DNA from: Vulcanimicrobiota bacterium
GTDB taxonomy: Bacteria > Vulcanimicrobiota > Vulcanimicrobiia > Vulcanimicrobiales > Vulcanimicrobiaceae
Assembly: GCA_963723445.1 (NCBI GenBank)
Contig: CAVRQP010000009.1
Coordinates: 24,623 to 88,622, forward strand
Length of the DNA: 64,000 nt
Direction: 5' to 3'
Position numbers and translations under genes: made by a program. Position 1 is the first letter of the stretch, and every line of letters begins with the position of its first letter. Below the pieces are notes generated by a model. It searched no databases and was not told where the DNA came from. It saw nothing but the letters and a program-made list of their open reading frames with translations. This document shows, in pieces, positions 51,751 through 62,846 of the stretch.

Positions 51751-52406
51751 CGTTCATCTCCAACTCTGCCCGCACGGCGACCAGCCCACGGTGGGCCGAC
51801 GCCTTTACGGTTCCGACCGGCTGGTCGAGCGTCCGGGCGATCTCGTCGTACGAGAGATCGTCGACGTAGCGCATGACGAAGGCCGCGCTGCAGCGCGGGC
51901 GACAGCCGCGCGACCGCGTCGTCGATCGACTGCCAAGTTTCGGCGCGCAGCACGACGTCATCCGGACCGGGCCGAGTGTCCGTCAAGCCAGCGCGCGGCG
52001 CGCCCTCGTCGTACTCCAGCGAATCGCTCGCCGGTGGGGCGTCGCGGACAGCGTTGCGCGTAAGGTTGTGGGCGATCGCCAACAGCCACGACCGCAGACG
52101 CAGCTCGGCGCGCCGTTCGGCCGAGTAGCCGTGCAGGGCGCGGTACGCGCGCACGAACACCTCTTGGGCGACGTCTTCGGCACGCGCGTCGTCGCGCAGC
52201 ATCCGCGCGACGAAGGTCACGACGGGCTGCCGAAAGGCGATGACGACGTCCTCGAACGCGCGGTCGACGTCGCGCGCGAGCGCCTCGGCCAACATCGCGC
52301 TCGGGTCGGGCGCAACGACGGCGCAAACGACCGGCACCTCACCACCAACCGCCGTTGATCCGCCGTTCGCGCAGGAGCCGCCGCTCGGTCTCGTCATTCC
52401 AGACAA
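51743..52406 (-). CDS. ECF sigma factor; frameshift near 51885 (start uncertain)
   Basis: AEDVAQEVFVRAYRAL, RSWLLAIAHN; region 4 YVDDLSYDEIA..L..PVGTVKA..HRG in a shifted frame. Confidence 0.88.
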
Positions 52407-52557
52407 GGATCTCGCGTGGCCGCTCGGGCTGCGCCAGCGCGATCGCTGCGAGCCCGACGATGACGATCGTCGTCATCACGATGATAAGCATGGGTTCCTC
52501 CGACATTCCAGGTGCCGGAAGAACACGGGCGCCGCCGTGCGCGTTGCATTCGAGCGC

Positions 52558-54917
52558 TCACAGTCGGAGGAGCTCGACGCGCCGGTTGAGGGCCTTACCG
52601 GCCGGAGTCGTATTCGGGGCGACCGGCCGGGTGAGCCCGTAGCCCTTGGCGACCAGGCGCGAGCGCACGATCTTGTAGCGCGTGACGAGGTCGTCGACCA
52701 CCGCCTGCGCCCGCCGCTGCGACAGCCCCAGGTTGTAGGCGGCGCCGCCGTCCGAATCGGTATGTCCCTCGACCTGGAACCGCAGTCCCGGAGTCTCGCG
52801 CATGGTTTGCGCGATGTCCGCAATCACCGGCTCCGAGCGCGGTTGGATGTGCGCGCTGTCGACGTCGAAGTGGATGCCGTAGATGCGGATGCGCTTCTGC
52901 GTCTTGAACTGCTTCTTGATCGCCGCCGGCGCCGCCGTTCCGGTCAGCGAGACGGTGGCTTGAGCCGTCTTCCCGCTGCCGTTGTCGGCCGTCACGGTGA
53001 CCGTGTAGACGCCGGGCTTCTGCGAGGCGGGGACGTTGACGGAGACCGCGATCGGCTGCTTCCCGCCGGCGATGTCGAACGCCGCGGGCGAGACGGTGGT
53101 CGGGATGTCGCCGGCCGCCTTGACCGTGACGTGTCCGTTCCAGCCTTGGTTCGCCAGCACGCTCATCGGAACGCCGACCTTCTGCGCCTTGCCGGCCGAG
53201 AACGCGGCTTCTTGGCTGGGCTCGAGGATGAACGGGTCGGTGACCAGTTGCGAGCACGACAGCTCGGCCGGGACCGGCAGCGCCATCTCGAGCTGACGGA
53301 TGCGCTGCAGCGGCGGCTGGCCGTTGTCGCCGGGATTGAAGCCGTCGTAGATCAGCAATCCTTTGCCGTCGGCGGCGTAGCTCTGCACGAACCCGTTGAG
53401 GTTCGTCGTCTTCGCCACGAAGAAGTGGCCGCACCAATGCGGGTCGGTCGTGGTGATCGGGTCGGCGTTGGACAACGCGTTGTTGGCGTTGGCCACGTAC
53501 GACAGGACGTCGACGTAGTGCGCCGTGTCGTTGCGGTCGTTGCTGCCCAGTGCGTCGCTCTCGACTTGGATCAAGCTCGCGTTGGTGGACTCCGGCCCGG
53601 CGCCGGGAACGACGAGCGAATAGGGCACCCAGGTGAAATCGGTCTTGTCATGGCAGCCGCCGGACGCGATGATCAGCTTGTGCCCCGCGGCGACCCATCC
53701 GTTGAGCAGCGCGATCTGCTCTTGGCTCAACAGTTGGGGCAGGCTGCAGATGCCGCGAGTGATCACGGCTTCCTGACCGGCGAGCGCACTGGCGTCGAGC
53801 ATCCCGGCGCCGATGGCCGAAAACTGGTAACCCGCCACCGGCGGCGTGCGTCGGCCGGATACCACGGTGCCGGCGGGTCTTGATCGAGCACGAGCACGTG
53901 GTGCAGGCCGGTGCCGCTCAGGCGCGGTGCGCAGAACGCCGGGATCACCGATGTGCGCATGAAAACGACCGGGCTGCCGAAGCTCGCCCCGGCGATGATC
54001 GTCCCCTCGTCGTTGATCGAGGTTCGCGCGAAGTCGGGGTTCGCGTCTTTGTTGCCGGCGCTCACGGCGTTCCAGCTGCGCCCTTGGAACTCGCCGATGA
54101 ACGTCGCGCGGAGCCCGTCGTTGCCGCACTCCGTGGCGGTGAGCCCCGAACCCACCGCGACGAACCGCACGCGGTCGTCGTTCTGGTTCGTCCCCGACAT
54201 CACGAAGGCACCGTTCTTCTCGGGTCGGGCTTCTTCGATGTACGTGCCGACCGGATTGACCGGCGCAGGCGGCGGCGCGATCGTGCCGGTCGCGGTGAGC
54301 CCGCGGTACAGCGCGCCGTTGGCCGTGATGCGAACCCAACGCGCTTTGACGTTCGCGGTCAGCGCTTTGTTGGTGGACGTCTTGTCGCTGGTCATCGTGC
54401 CGACGTCGCTGAAGCCGGCGTCGGCGCCGGTCGTCGAAACCGCCACGGTGACGCTGGGCGCCGGGCCGGTGTCGGGTGCGTTGGACAGGCTTGCGGTGAA
54501 CCCGGTGATCGTGGCGACGCCGGAGAGCTCGAACACGAACGTGTAGGGCGGCTTCGCGGTGGCGGGGAGCTCGTCCGACGGGCTGACCGCATAATTGCCG
54601 AGGTTGCCGTCGCCCTCGTCGTCGATCTGCGGCGGCGAGTAGCTGCGCAAGATCGTGCCGTTGGCGACGTCGAGCAGGTTCGGATTGGGCGTCGGCGTCG
54701 GCGTCGAGACCGGGGTCGGTCCGGCCGGCGGCGCGACGGTGGCTACCGCGACGGGCGTCGGAGCGGTCGTCCCGGGGCCGGACGCCGCGACCTCCGGGCC
54801 GGTCGTCACGGCGGCGCCCGGCGACGGACTCGCCGTCGTATCGCTCTGCTGGTGGCCGGCGCATCCGGCCAAGACGAGCACGAGCGTAAAGGCCGAGGCG
54901 ATAGTCGAGTGGCGCAA
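52558..54917 (-). CDS. Large OmpA-family lipoprotein; frameshift near 53835
   Basis: Lipobox LAGC; Pro/Thr linker; C-terminal IHFDVDSA, VEGHTDS.G...YNL.LSQRRA, G.ALNRRVEL. Confidence 0.85.
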
Positions 54918-55022
54918 GGACGGCTCCTTACCAGGGCGAGCGGTTCGTCGGATGCTACTCGGTCAGAAGCAGACAGCCTGCCGAGGCGGTATGGGCGAGC
55001 CGTTCCTGGGTACATTCGAAGG

Positions 55023-55406
55023 ATGGTGGAATGGCGGTTCGATTCCCGCAACGAGATGGACGCCCACCGCTTGCGGCACGAATTCATGGACCTGCTCCGC
55101 GCCGGCGGGACGGGCGACTTCCCCGCGGCCGAGTTGGTTTATGGGGAGCTCGTCGGGAACGCCGTCCGCCACGCGCCCGGCCGCATCGTCGTCCGGCTCG
55201 ACTGGGACGACGACTGCCCGGTCCTCGTCGTCCACGACGAGGGTGAGTCGTTCCGGCCGGACATTCGGCTGCCGGACGATCCGATGAGCGAACACGGCCG
55301 CGGGCTGTTCATCGTGCGAGCCCTCGCCATCTCGCTCGACGTCGAGAACATCGACGGTGACGGAAGCCAGGTCTTCGCGCGCCTCCCCGTTCACCGCGCG
55401 GCTTAG
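55023..55406 (+). CDS. RsbW-like HATPase (anti-sigma/serine kinase family) protein
   Basis: AELVYGELVGNAVRHA, VHDEG, EHGRGLFIV. Confidence 0.85.
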   Translation: MVEWRFDSRNEMDAHRLRHEFMDLLRAGGTGDFPAAELVYGELVGNAVRHAPGRIVVRLDWDDDCPVLVVHDEGESFRPDIRLPDDPMSEHGRGLFIVRALAISLDVENIDGDGSQVFARLPVHRAA

Positions 55407-55451
55407 TCGCGGTCACAGGACGGTCGCCGCGCCGACCGTAACCTCGATCGC

Positions 55452-56240
55452 ATGCCGTTGAGCGAGCGGGTCGCCATCGTCGCCGGCGCTTCGGGCGGGA
55501 TCGGGTCCGCGACGGTGCGGGCATTGCTGGCAGCGCGCATGAACGTCGTGCTCGCCGCACCGCAGGATGCGCGCCTCGATGCCGCGGCGCGCGAAACGCA
55601 GTCCTTCGGCGAGCGCGTCTTGATCGTACCGACCGACATTACCGTGCGCGCCGACGTCGACGCGCTCGTGGCCCGGACGCTGGTGCGTTTCGGTCGCGTC
55701 GACGTGCTCGCCAACGTCGCCGGGATCGGGTCGAGCCCCGCCCTGAGCGACACCCCCGACGACGAGCTCGAGCGCGTCCTGGCCGTCAACTTGCTGGGTG
55801 CCGCGCGGCTGATCCAGGCCGTGTTGCCGATCATGAAAGCGCAGCGCGGCGGCGCGATCGTCAACGTCGGATCGGTTGCGGGTGAAGCGGGCGTGATGGG
55901 CATTTATTCGGCATCGAAGTTCGGGCTACGAGGCCTCACCGATTCGGTGCGGCGCGAGGTGCGCAGCCACGGCATCGGCGTTACGCTGATCGAGCCCGGC
56001 TTCGTGCAGACGACGATGAACGGCGCGATGCGCAACTTGCCGCCGCCGCAGATCGTCGCCGACGCGATCGTCGCCGCCGTCGCGCGGCCGCGTCGCAGGC
56101 ACATCGTCCCGGGCGCCTACCGGCTGCCGGTGCTCTTGATCAAGGCGTTTCCCGGGCTCACCGATGTGGTGTTCGGCGACGCGCGCGTCCAGCGCCGGCT
56201 GAACCGCGACGCGCGCGCCGAGCGGGCACAGCGGGTATGA
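55452..56240 (+). CDS. SDR oxidoreductase
   Basis: GASGGIG, NVAG, YSASKFGL, IEPGFV. Confidence 0.9.
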   Translation: MPLSERVAIVAGASGGIGSATVRALLAARMNVVLAAPQDARLDAAARETQSFGERVLIVPTDITVRADVDALVARTLVRFGRVDVLANVAGIGSSPALSDTPDDELERVLAVNLLGAARLIQAVLPIMKAQRGGAIVNVGSVAGEAGVMGIYSASKFGLRGLTDSVRREVRSHGIGVTLIEPGFVQTTMNGAMRNLPPPQIVADAIVAAVARPRRRHIVPGAYRLPVLLIKAFPGLTDVVFGDARVQRRLNRDARAERAQRV

Positions 56241-57089
56241 ACGGCGGCGAGGGCCGCGGGGCGGTCGTCGTCACCGGCGCGTCGAGCGGGATCGGCGCGG
56301 CCGCCGTCGAGCTGTTCGCGCGCGAAGGGTTCGTGACGTTCGCCGGCGTGCGCCGCGACGCCGACGCCGCGCGCACCGCATCGTTGCATCCGAACGTGCG
56401 CCCGGTGCTGCTCGACGTGACCGATCGCGCCGCGATCGACGCGGCAGCCCGAACCGTCGCTGCGAGCGGTCTGCCGCTGCGCGGTGTGGTGAACAACGCC
56501 GGCGTCGCGGTCGCCGGGCCGCTCGAGTTCTTGCCGGTCGACGAGTTGCGGCGGCAATTCGAGATCAACCTCTTCGGCCCGGTCGCGGTCAGCCAAGCGT
56601 TCCTGCCGCAACTGCGCGCTTCGCGCGGGAGGCTGCTGTTCGTCGGATCGATCTCCGGACGCTTGGCCGTGCCGTTCATCGCGCCGTACAGCGCGTCGAA
56701 GTTCGCGCTGCGCGCGGTCGCCGATGCGCTGCGCGTCGAGCTCGCCTCCGCCGGCATCGGCGTCGTGCTGATCGAGCCGGGGTCGGTGCGCACGCCGATC
56801 TGGGGGAAAGGTCGCGATTCGCGGGAGCGTCTTTCGGCGCTGCTCACGCCGCGCGCCACCGAGTACTACGGACCTCAGATCGACGCGGTCTTCGCCCAAA
56901 CGCAGCGCGAGGAAGCCCGCGCCATGCCGGTCGCGCGCGTGACCGCCGCGTTGCTGCGCGCGCTGACCGCGCGCCGCCGCACGCGCGCGCTACTTGGTGG
57001 GCGCCGACGCTCGTGCGGGCAGCATCGTCGCGCTGCTTCCAACCGGGCTGCGCGACCGCGCATTGCGCGCGTCGATGAAGTTGCCGTAA
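56237..57089 (+). CDS. SDR oxidoreductase (frameshift near 56980)
   Basis: VTGASSGIG, VNNAG, YSASKFAL, IEPGSV.TPIW; the C-terminus RYLVG.DA lies in a shifted frame ending at TAA 57089. Confidence 0.88.
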
Positions 57090-57955
57090 CGGCCTCTCGC
57101 CTGCGTCCGTCCCCGTGCCCTATCGTCCGCCGCAGCTTCGAGCCCGTACTTGCGGCGGATGGCCGGAATGTCGACCGCCGGCTCGGGGAACTGCATCTTG
57201 AGCTCCGACAGCGTCTGAACGACGATTCGCGCGACGGCCAGGTTGCGGAACCACTTGTGGTCGGCCGGGATGACGTACCACGGAGCTCGTTCGGTGCTGC
57301 AGCGTTCGAGTGCGTCCTCGTATGCTTTTTCGTACTCGTGCCAGCACTCGCGCTCGACGAAGTCCTGCTCGTCGATCTTCCAATACTTTGACGGATCGTC
57401 GAGCCGCGCTTCGAGGCGGCGCAACTGCTCGTCCTTGCTGACGTGCAGGAAGAACTTCATGATGTGCGTTCCGGCTTGGCTCAAGTTCTTCTCGAACTCG
57501 ACGATGCGGTCGTAGCGCTTCGACCAGACGTGCTTTGGGACGAGCCCGTGCACGCGCGCGACGAGCACGTCCTCGTAGTGCGAGCGGTTGAAGATCGTGA
57601 CGTGGCCGCGTGACGGCGCGGCTTGGTGGGCGCGCCACAAAAAATCGTGCGCGGCTTCCTCGGGGGTCGGGACCTTGAAGGGGTGGACGCTTGCACCCTG
57701 CGGGTTGAACGCCCGAAACACGTGCCGCACGGTGCCGTCCTTCCCGCCCGCATCCATCGCTTGCAGCACGATGAGCACCGATCGCGCGTGCTCCGCATAC
57801 AAGCGGTACTGGAGGTCGCGCAGGCGCTCGACGTCCTTGTCGATCGCCGCCCGCGCATCGGTCTCGCTGGAATGGCTACCGGTGTACGCGCTATCGAGCC
57901 GGCCCAGGTGCACCTTGCTGCCCGGCTCGACCAGGAACTTCTTGCGATAGTCCAC
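56990..57955 (-). CDS. ppk2: Polyphosphate kinase 2 family (true 3' end possibly near 57120)
   Basis: LQAMDAGGKDG, FKVPT.EE..HDFLWR, FNRSHYEDVL, KFFLHVSKDEQ, APWYVIPADHKWFRN. Confidence 0.93.
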   Translation of the reverse strand: MDYRKKFLVEPGSKVHLGRLDSAYTGSHSSETDARAAIDKDVERLRDLQYRLYAEHARSVLIVLQAMDAGGKDGTVRHVFRAFNPQGASVHPFKVPTPEEAAHDFLWRAHQAAPSRGHVTIFNRSHYEDVLVARVHGLVPKHVWSKRYDRIVEFEKNLSQAGTHIMKFFLHVSKDEQLRRLEARLDDPSKYWKIDEQDFVERECWHEYEKAYEDALERCSTERAPWYVIPADHKWFRNLAVARIVVQTLSELKMQFPEPAVDIPAIRRKYGLEAAADDRARGRTQARGRYGNFIDARNARSRSPVGSSATMLPARASAPTK

Positions 57956-58113
57956 CCGCCGTCCTTGGCGGCTGCTGGGCGCCCGTCCCGCGATCGTGGC
58001 GCTTCAGCCTTTACCCGCGTCGCCTGCGAGGCCCGGCGGCGAAGCCTCATAAGCAGGCCCTCGCTATCGACTCCGAGACAGCGGTCGCGGGGGTGGATTC
58101 GGGGCACCGCCCG

Positions 58114-58122
58114 TGATATGAT
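58114..58122 (+). promoter_or_regulatory. Extended -10 promoter candidate (TGaTATGAT) for the rpsR operon
   Basis: Matches TGnTATAAT with one mismatch, about 130 nt upstream of rpsR. Confidence 0.45.
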
Positions 58123-58253
58123 CGCCGTCGCTGCCTGCGGGCAGTGCCCACCGTCCCTCGGGCCGGATCGGGGTCGTGCCGCCGTCGCGCGGCACGTGTG
58201 TAGGGCCACCTCGTGGCCGTCTTCCACCTACATCATCGAAAGGTTCATCCTTC

Positions 58254-58508
58254 ATGCCACCCCCCAAGGGCAAGCGCGCGGCCGCGAAAAAAGATCGCCG
58301 GCCCAAGCGCAAGATCTGTAATTTCTGCGCGGAGCGTCTCGACAACCTCGACTACAAAGACACGACGCGGCTGCGCAAGTACATCAGCGAGCGCGGCAAG
58401 ATTCTGCCGCGCCGCATCTCGGGAAACTGCGCCTCGCACCAGCGTGCGCTGACGACCGCCGTGAAACGCGCACGCGTCATCGCGCTGCTTCCGTTCGTCG
58501 TCCAGTAG
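58254..58508 (+). CDS. rpsR: 30S ribosomal protein S18 (Zn-ribbon form)
   Basis: CNFC, DYKD...[35 protein letters not shown]. Confidence 0.97.
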   Translation: MPPPKGKRAAAKKDRRPKRKICNFCAERLDNLDYKDTTRLRKYISERGKILPRRISGNCASHQRALTTAVKRARVIALLPFVVQ

Positions 58509-58518
58509 GAGCGCCGCA

Positions 58519-58968
58519 GTGAAGGTCATTCTCACCGGCGACGTCAAGCCGCTCGGCTCGCGCGGTACGGTCGTCGACGTCAAAGACGGCTACGCGAACA
58601 ACTACTTGTTCCCGCAGAAGCTCGCCGTGGTCGCGACGCCCGGCGCAATGAAGCAGCTCGAGCAGCAGCAGTACGCCAAGAAGCGCAAACAGGCCGAAGA
58701 GGTCGCCAACGCTCAGGAGGTCGCGACGCAGCTCGAGCAAGCGATGATCCGGGTCTCCGCCAAAGCGGGCGGCAACGGCCGGCTGTTCGGCACGGTGACC
58801 AATGCTCAGGTCGCCGAAGCGGTGCACGCGCAGCTCGGCGTGACGATCGACCGTCACAAGATCGAGATGAAGGACGGCATCAAGGCGCTGGGGACCTATC
58901 CGGTCGAGATTCGGCTCGGCAACAACATCGTCGCCAAGTCGTCGGTACAGGTCGTCGCGCTGAAGTAA
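58519..58968 (+). CDS. rplI: 50S ribosomal protein L9
   Basis: MKVIL..DV..LG..G.VV.VKDGYANNYLFP, GRLFGTVT, IKALG.Y. Confidence 0.97.
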   Translation: MKVILTGDVKPLGSRGTVVDVKDGYANNYLFPQKLAVVATPGAMKQLEQQQYAKKRKQAEEVANAQEVATQLEQAMIRVSAKAGGNGRLFGTVTNAQVAEAVHAQLGVTIDRHKIEMKDGIKALGTYPVEIRLGNNIVAKSSVQVVALK

Positions 58969-58969
58969 G

Positions 58970-60884
58970 GTGCGACTCCGCGCCGACGAAAAGCTGCGCC
59001 GCGAGATCGCAGCGCTCTACGACGTCCTCTCCGAAGCGTTGGGGACGGAGAAGGTCGTCATGCGCGCCGGCAAGCTCGGCACGCTCAAGGAGATGCGCTC
59101 GCCGGCGATCCCCGACCGCCTGCTGGCGCTGCAACGGCTGGTGTTCGAGGATCCGACGCCTCGAGACGCGGCCGGCCAAAGGTCAGTACAAGAAGGTCAT
59201 CGGCGAGATCGAGGACCGGCTCGCCGACCTGGTCGCGCAGCGCACCGTCGGCGACCAGATCGAGGCGAAGATCAACGTCAAGATGGTGCAGCGCCATCAC
59301 GACTACCTGCGCGAGCTCAAGCTCGAAGCGCTGCGTGAGGAAGGCGGACCCGAGACGCCGGCGACGCAACAGCGTCTGCACGACTTGCAGTCGCTCGACG
59401 CGCGCGGGTTGGCGCGCGGCGCGCTCGACGTGCTCCGTCCCCAGTCGCTCGCGCAGGTCGTCGGACAGGAGGCGGCCGTCCGTGCCCTCATCGCCAAGCT
59501 CGCCTCGCCGTATCCGCAGCACGTGATCCTGTACGGACCGCCCGGCGTCGGAAAGACCACCGTGGCGCGGCTCGCGCTCGAGCTGGCGAAAGCGCGCCCG
59601 CACGCGCCGTTCGGCGCCGGCGCCCCGTTCGTGGAGGCCGCCGGCACGACGCTGCGCTGGGACCATCGCGAGACGACGAATCCGCTCCTGGGCAGCGTTC
59701 ACGATCCGATCTACCAGGGTGCCCGGCGCGACTTCGCCGACAGCGCCGTCCCGGAGCCGAAGCTCGGCCTGGTGACGCGCGCCCACGGCGGGGTGCTTTT
59801 CATCGACGAGATCGGCGAGATGGACCCCGCGATGCAGATGCGCCTGCTCAAGGTGCTCGAGGACAAGCGCGTGTCGTTCGAGTCGTCGTATTACGACGAG
59901 CACGATCCCAACGTCCCGGCATACGTGAAGAAGCTCTTCCGCGACGGCGCGCCGGCCGACTTCGTGCTGATCGGTGCGACGACGCGGGATCCCGATGCGA
60001 TCGACGCCGCGATCCGCTCGCGCTGCGCGGCGGTATACTTCGAGCCGCTTACTCACGCCCAAGTCGCGCGGATCGTGCGCGAAGCCGCGCAACGGCTCGG
60101 TGCCAAGACCGGCCGGCGCGTGCCGGAGCTCATCGCGTCGTACACCATCGAGGGCCGCAAGGCCGTGCAGATCCTGGCCGACGCATACGGCCACGCGCTC
60201 GAACGCGCCGGCGGAACGCGCAGCGCGACGGTGCGCGAGGCGGACGTCCTCGAGGTCGTGCAGGCCGGGCGCATCGTCCAGCACACGACGACGCGCGGCC
60301 GCCGCGCGCGTGAGGTCGGCAAGGCCTACGGTTTGGGCGTCGTTCAGTACGTCGGCTCGATCGTCGAGATCGAAGCCGCGGCGTTCGCCGCGCGCGAGAA
60401 GAGCAAGGGGGCGGTGCGATTCAACGACACCGCCGGGACGATGGCGCGCGACGCCGTGTTCAACGCGGCTTCGGTGATTCGCGCCGTCGCCGGGATCGAC
60501 CCGGCCGACTTCGACCTGCACGTGAACGTCGTCGGCGGCGGCAACATCGACGGGCCGTCGGCCGGGCTCGCGTTCTTCCTGGCACTCTACAGCGCGCTCG
60601 CGCATGCGGCGCTCCCGCAGGATGTCGCGGTGACCGGTGAGGTGTCGCTCGCCGGCACCGTGCGCGGCGTCGGCGGCGTCGTCGAGAAGCTCTACGCCGC
60701 GCGGCAAGCCGGAATGCGGGCGATGGTGCTCCCGCGCGAAAACGCTCGCGAAATTGACGCCGTGATCGAAGGGATCGAGATCATCCCGGTAGCAACCGTC
60801 GCGGAAGCACTGGTCGCGTTCGGGCTCCGCGTTCCCGCCCCGCCCGCGCTCCGCGCGCGCCCACGCACGAAGGCTTCCCGGTGA
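58970..60884 (+). CDS. Lon-family ATP-dependent protease (LonB/LonC type); frameshift near 59165
   Basis: LRPQS..VVGQ, GPPGVGKTT, LLGSVHDPIYQG, LFIDEIGE, IDGPSAG (catalytic Ser), VTGE.SL.G.V.GVGGV.EK (catalytic Lys). Confidence 0.92.
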
Positions 60885-62834
60885 ACGTCGCTCAGTTCGT
60901 CTCCCCCGTCGACCGCATCCCGCCGAGCAACCTCGAAGCGGAGATGGCGTTACTGGGTTCGATCCTGGTCGACAAGGAGATGATGGCGGCGGTCAGCGAG
61001 ATCGTGCAGCCGTCCGACTTCTACGCGTCGCTGCACGAGTCGATCTTCCTCGCGCTCTTCGCGCTCTACGAGCGCGGCGAACCGCTCGACAAAGTCGCGC
61101 TCGCCGAAGAGCTCAAGAACCGCGGGATGCTCGACAAGATCGGCGGCATGGCCTACCTCAACTCGCTGATGGATACGGTGCCGACCGCGGCGTCGGCGGA
61201 GTACTACGCGCGCATCGTGCGCGAGAAGTCCAGCCTGCGCGGGCTGATCCACGCCGGAACGAGGATCACCCAGTTCGGCTACGAGTCCGAGGAAGACGTC
61301 CCGGCCGCGATCGACCGTGCCGAGCAGGTCGTGTACGAGGTTGGCAACCGCAGCGGCCACAACGCCTTCGCCACCGTCCCGTCGCTGCTGCTGGGCGTGT
61401 TCCAGTCACTGGAGCGGCGCCACGAGCAAAAAGGCGACCGCACCGGCGTCACGGCGGGCTTCCGCGACATCGACGACTACACGGCGGGCTGGCAGCCCGG
61501 TAACCTCATCATCCTGGCCGCGCGCCCGGCGATGGGCAAGACGTCGCTCGTGCTGAACATGGCGGTCGCCGCGGCGAAGGACGAGCGCAAGCCCATCGCG
61601 GTGTTCTCGCTCGAGATGACCAAGCAGGAGCTGGTCGAGCGCCTGCTTTCCTCCGAGGCGAAGCTCGACGCGTCCAAGCTGCGCCGCGGCGCGATCGCCG
61701 ACCGCGACTGGGAGAAGATCGGCCACGCGATGGGCCTGCTGCACGAGCTGCCCATCTATTTGGACGACTCCGGCGCCGTCACCGTAACCGAGATTCGTTC
61801 GCGCCTGCGGCGCCTCAAATCGGGACACGGGCTGGCGGCCGTGTTCGTCGACTACCTGCAGCTGGTGCGCCCGTCGATGCTGTCGCGCCAAACGAACCGC
61901 AACGAAGAGCTGTCGGAGATCTGCCGCATGCTCAAGGCGACCGCGAAAGATCTGGAGGTTCCGATCATCGCGTGCGCGCAGCTCAACCGCGCGGTCGAAA
62001 CACGCGCCGACAAACGCCCGATGCTCTCCGACTTGCGCGACTGTCTCGCCGGCGAATCGTTGGTGACCAACGCCGAGACCGGCGAGCGCGTCCCGATCCG
62101 CGAGATCGCCGAGCGCGGCCTGCGTTTCGACGTCTGGGCCGTCGACGACCTGATGCGCCTGGTGCGGCGCCCGATCGTCGACGCGTGGGCCGTCGGCACG
62201 AAACCGATCTTCCGCGTAACGACCAAGAGCGGCCGGGTCGTCCGCTGTACGGCCGGACACCGTTTCCTCACGGTCTCCGGCTGGTCCGAGCTCCGCAACC
62301 TCCAGCCCGGCCGAGCAATCGCCGTTCCCCGTCGCGAAGAAGAAAACCTCACGCTCGTCGCCGCCGCGTTAGCCGGTGCAGTGCGTCGGAGCGTGGATTG
62401 TCGGAGAGCACGCTCCGGTCGCGTAGTCACGAGAACGCAATGCCGCGTGTCGCGGGAACGATGGTCGCGGAGCCGGTCGGCGAAGAGTTCCTCGCGTCGC
62501 CGGCGACGTCCGACGTGTGGTGGGATCCGATTGCGACGGTCGAGCCTCAGGATAGCGAAGAGGTGTACGATCTGACGTTGGCGATCTGCACAACTTCTGC
62601 GTTGACGACGTGGTGACGCACAACTCGGGCGCGATCGAGCAGGAGGCGGACATCGTTACGTTTCTGTATCGCGATGTGTACTACAACAAGGAGCAGTCGC
62701 CCGAGCCGGATCTGACCGAGCTGATCATCGCCAAGCATCGCAACGGCAAGGTCGGGACCGTGAAGCTGCGGTTCCAGCCCGAGCACACGCTGTTCGTGCC
62801 GTACGGCGACGACTCGCACTATCCGGCTCCGTAG
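60881..62834 (+). CDS. dnaB: Replicative DNA helicase with intein; two frameshifts inside the intein
   Basis: PP.NLEAE..LLG, AARPAMGKT, FSLEM, VDYLQL, QLNR..E.R.DKRPMLSDLRD / SGAIEQEAD, IAKHRNG. Confidence 0.96.
62042..62624 (+). mobile_element. DnaB mini-intein (about 195 aa, no homing endonuclease)
   Basis: Block A CLAGESLV, block B CTAGHRFLT, block F VWWDPI..VE....EEVYDLT, block G HNFCVDDVVTHN followed by Ser+1. Confidence 0.93.
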
Positions 62835-62846
62835 GCGACGCCGGCG

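Noticed and set aside
59150-59190. Programmed frameshift in the Lon-family gene
   Set aside because: No slippery heptamer, and the window-wide indel rate explains it.
62340-62500. Naturally split intein or split dnaB
   Set aside because: There is no stop/RBS/start pair between the halves; two single-base deletions restore one continuous frame.
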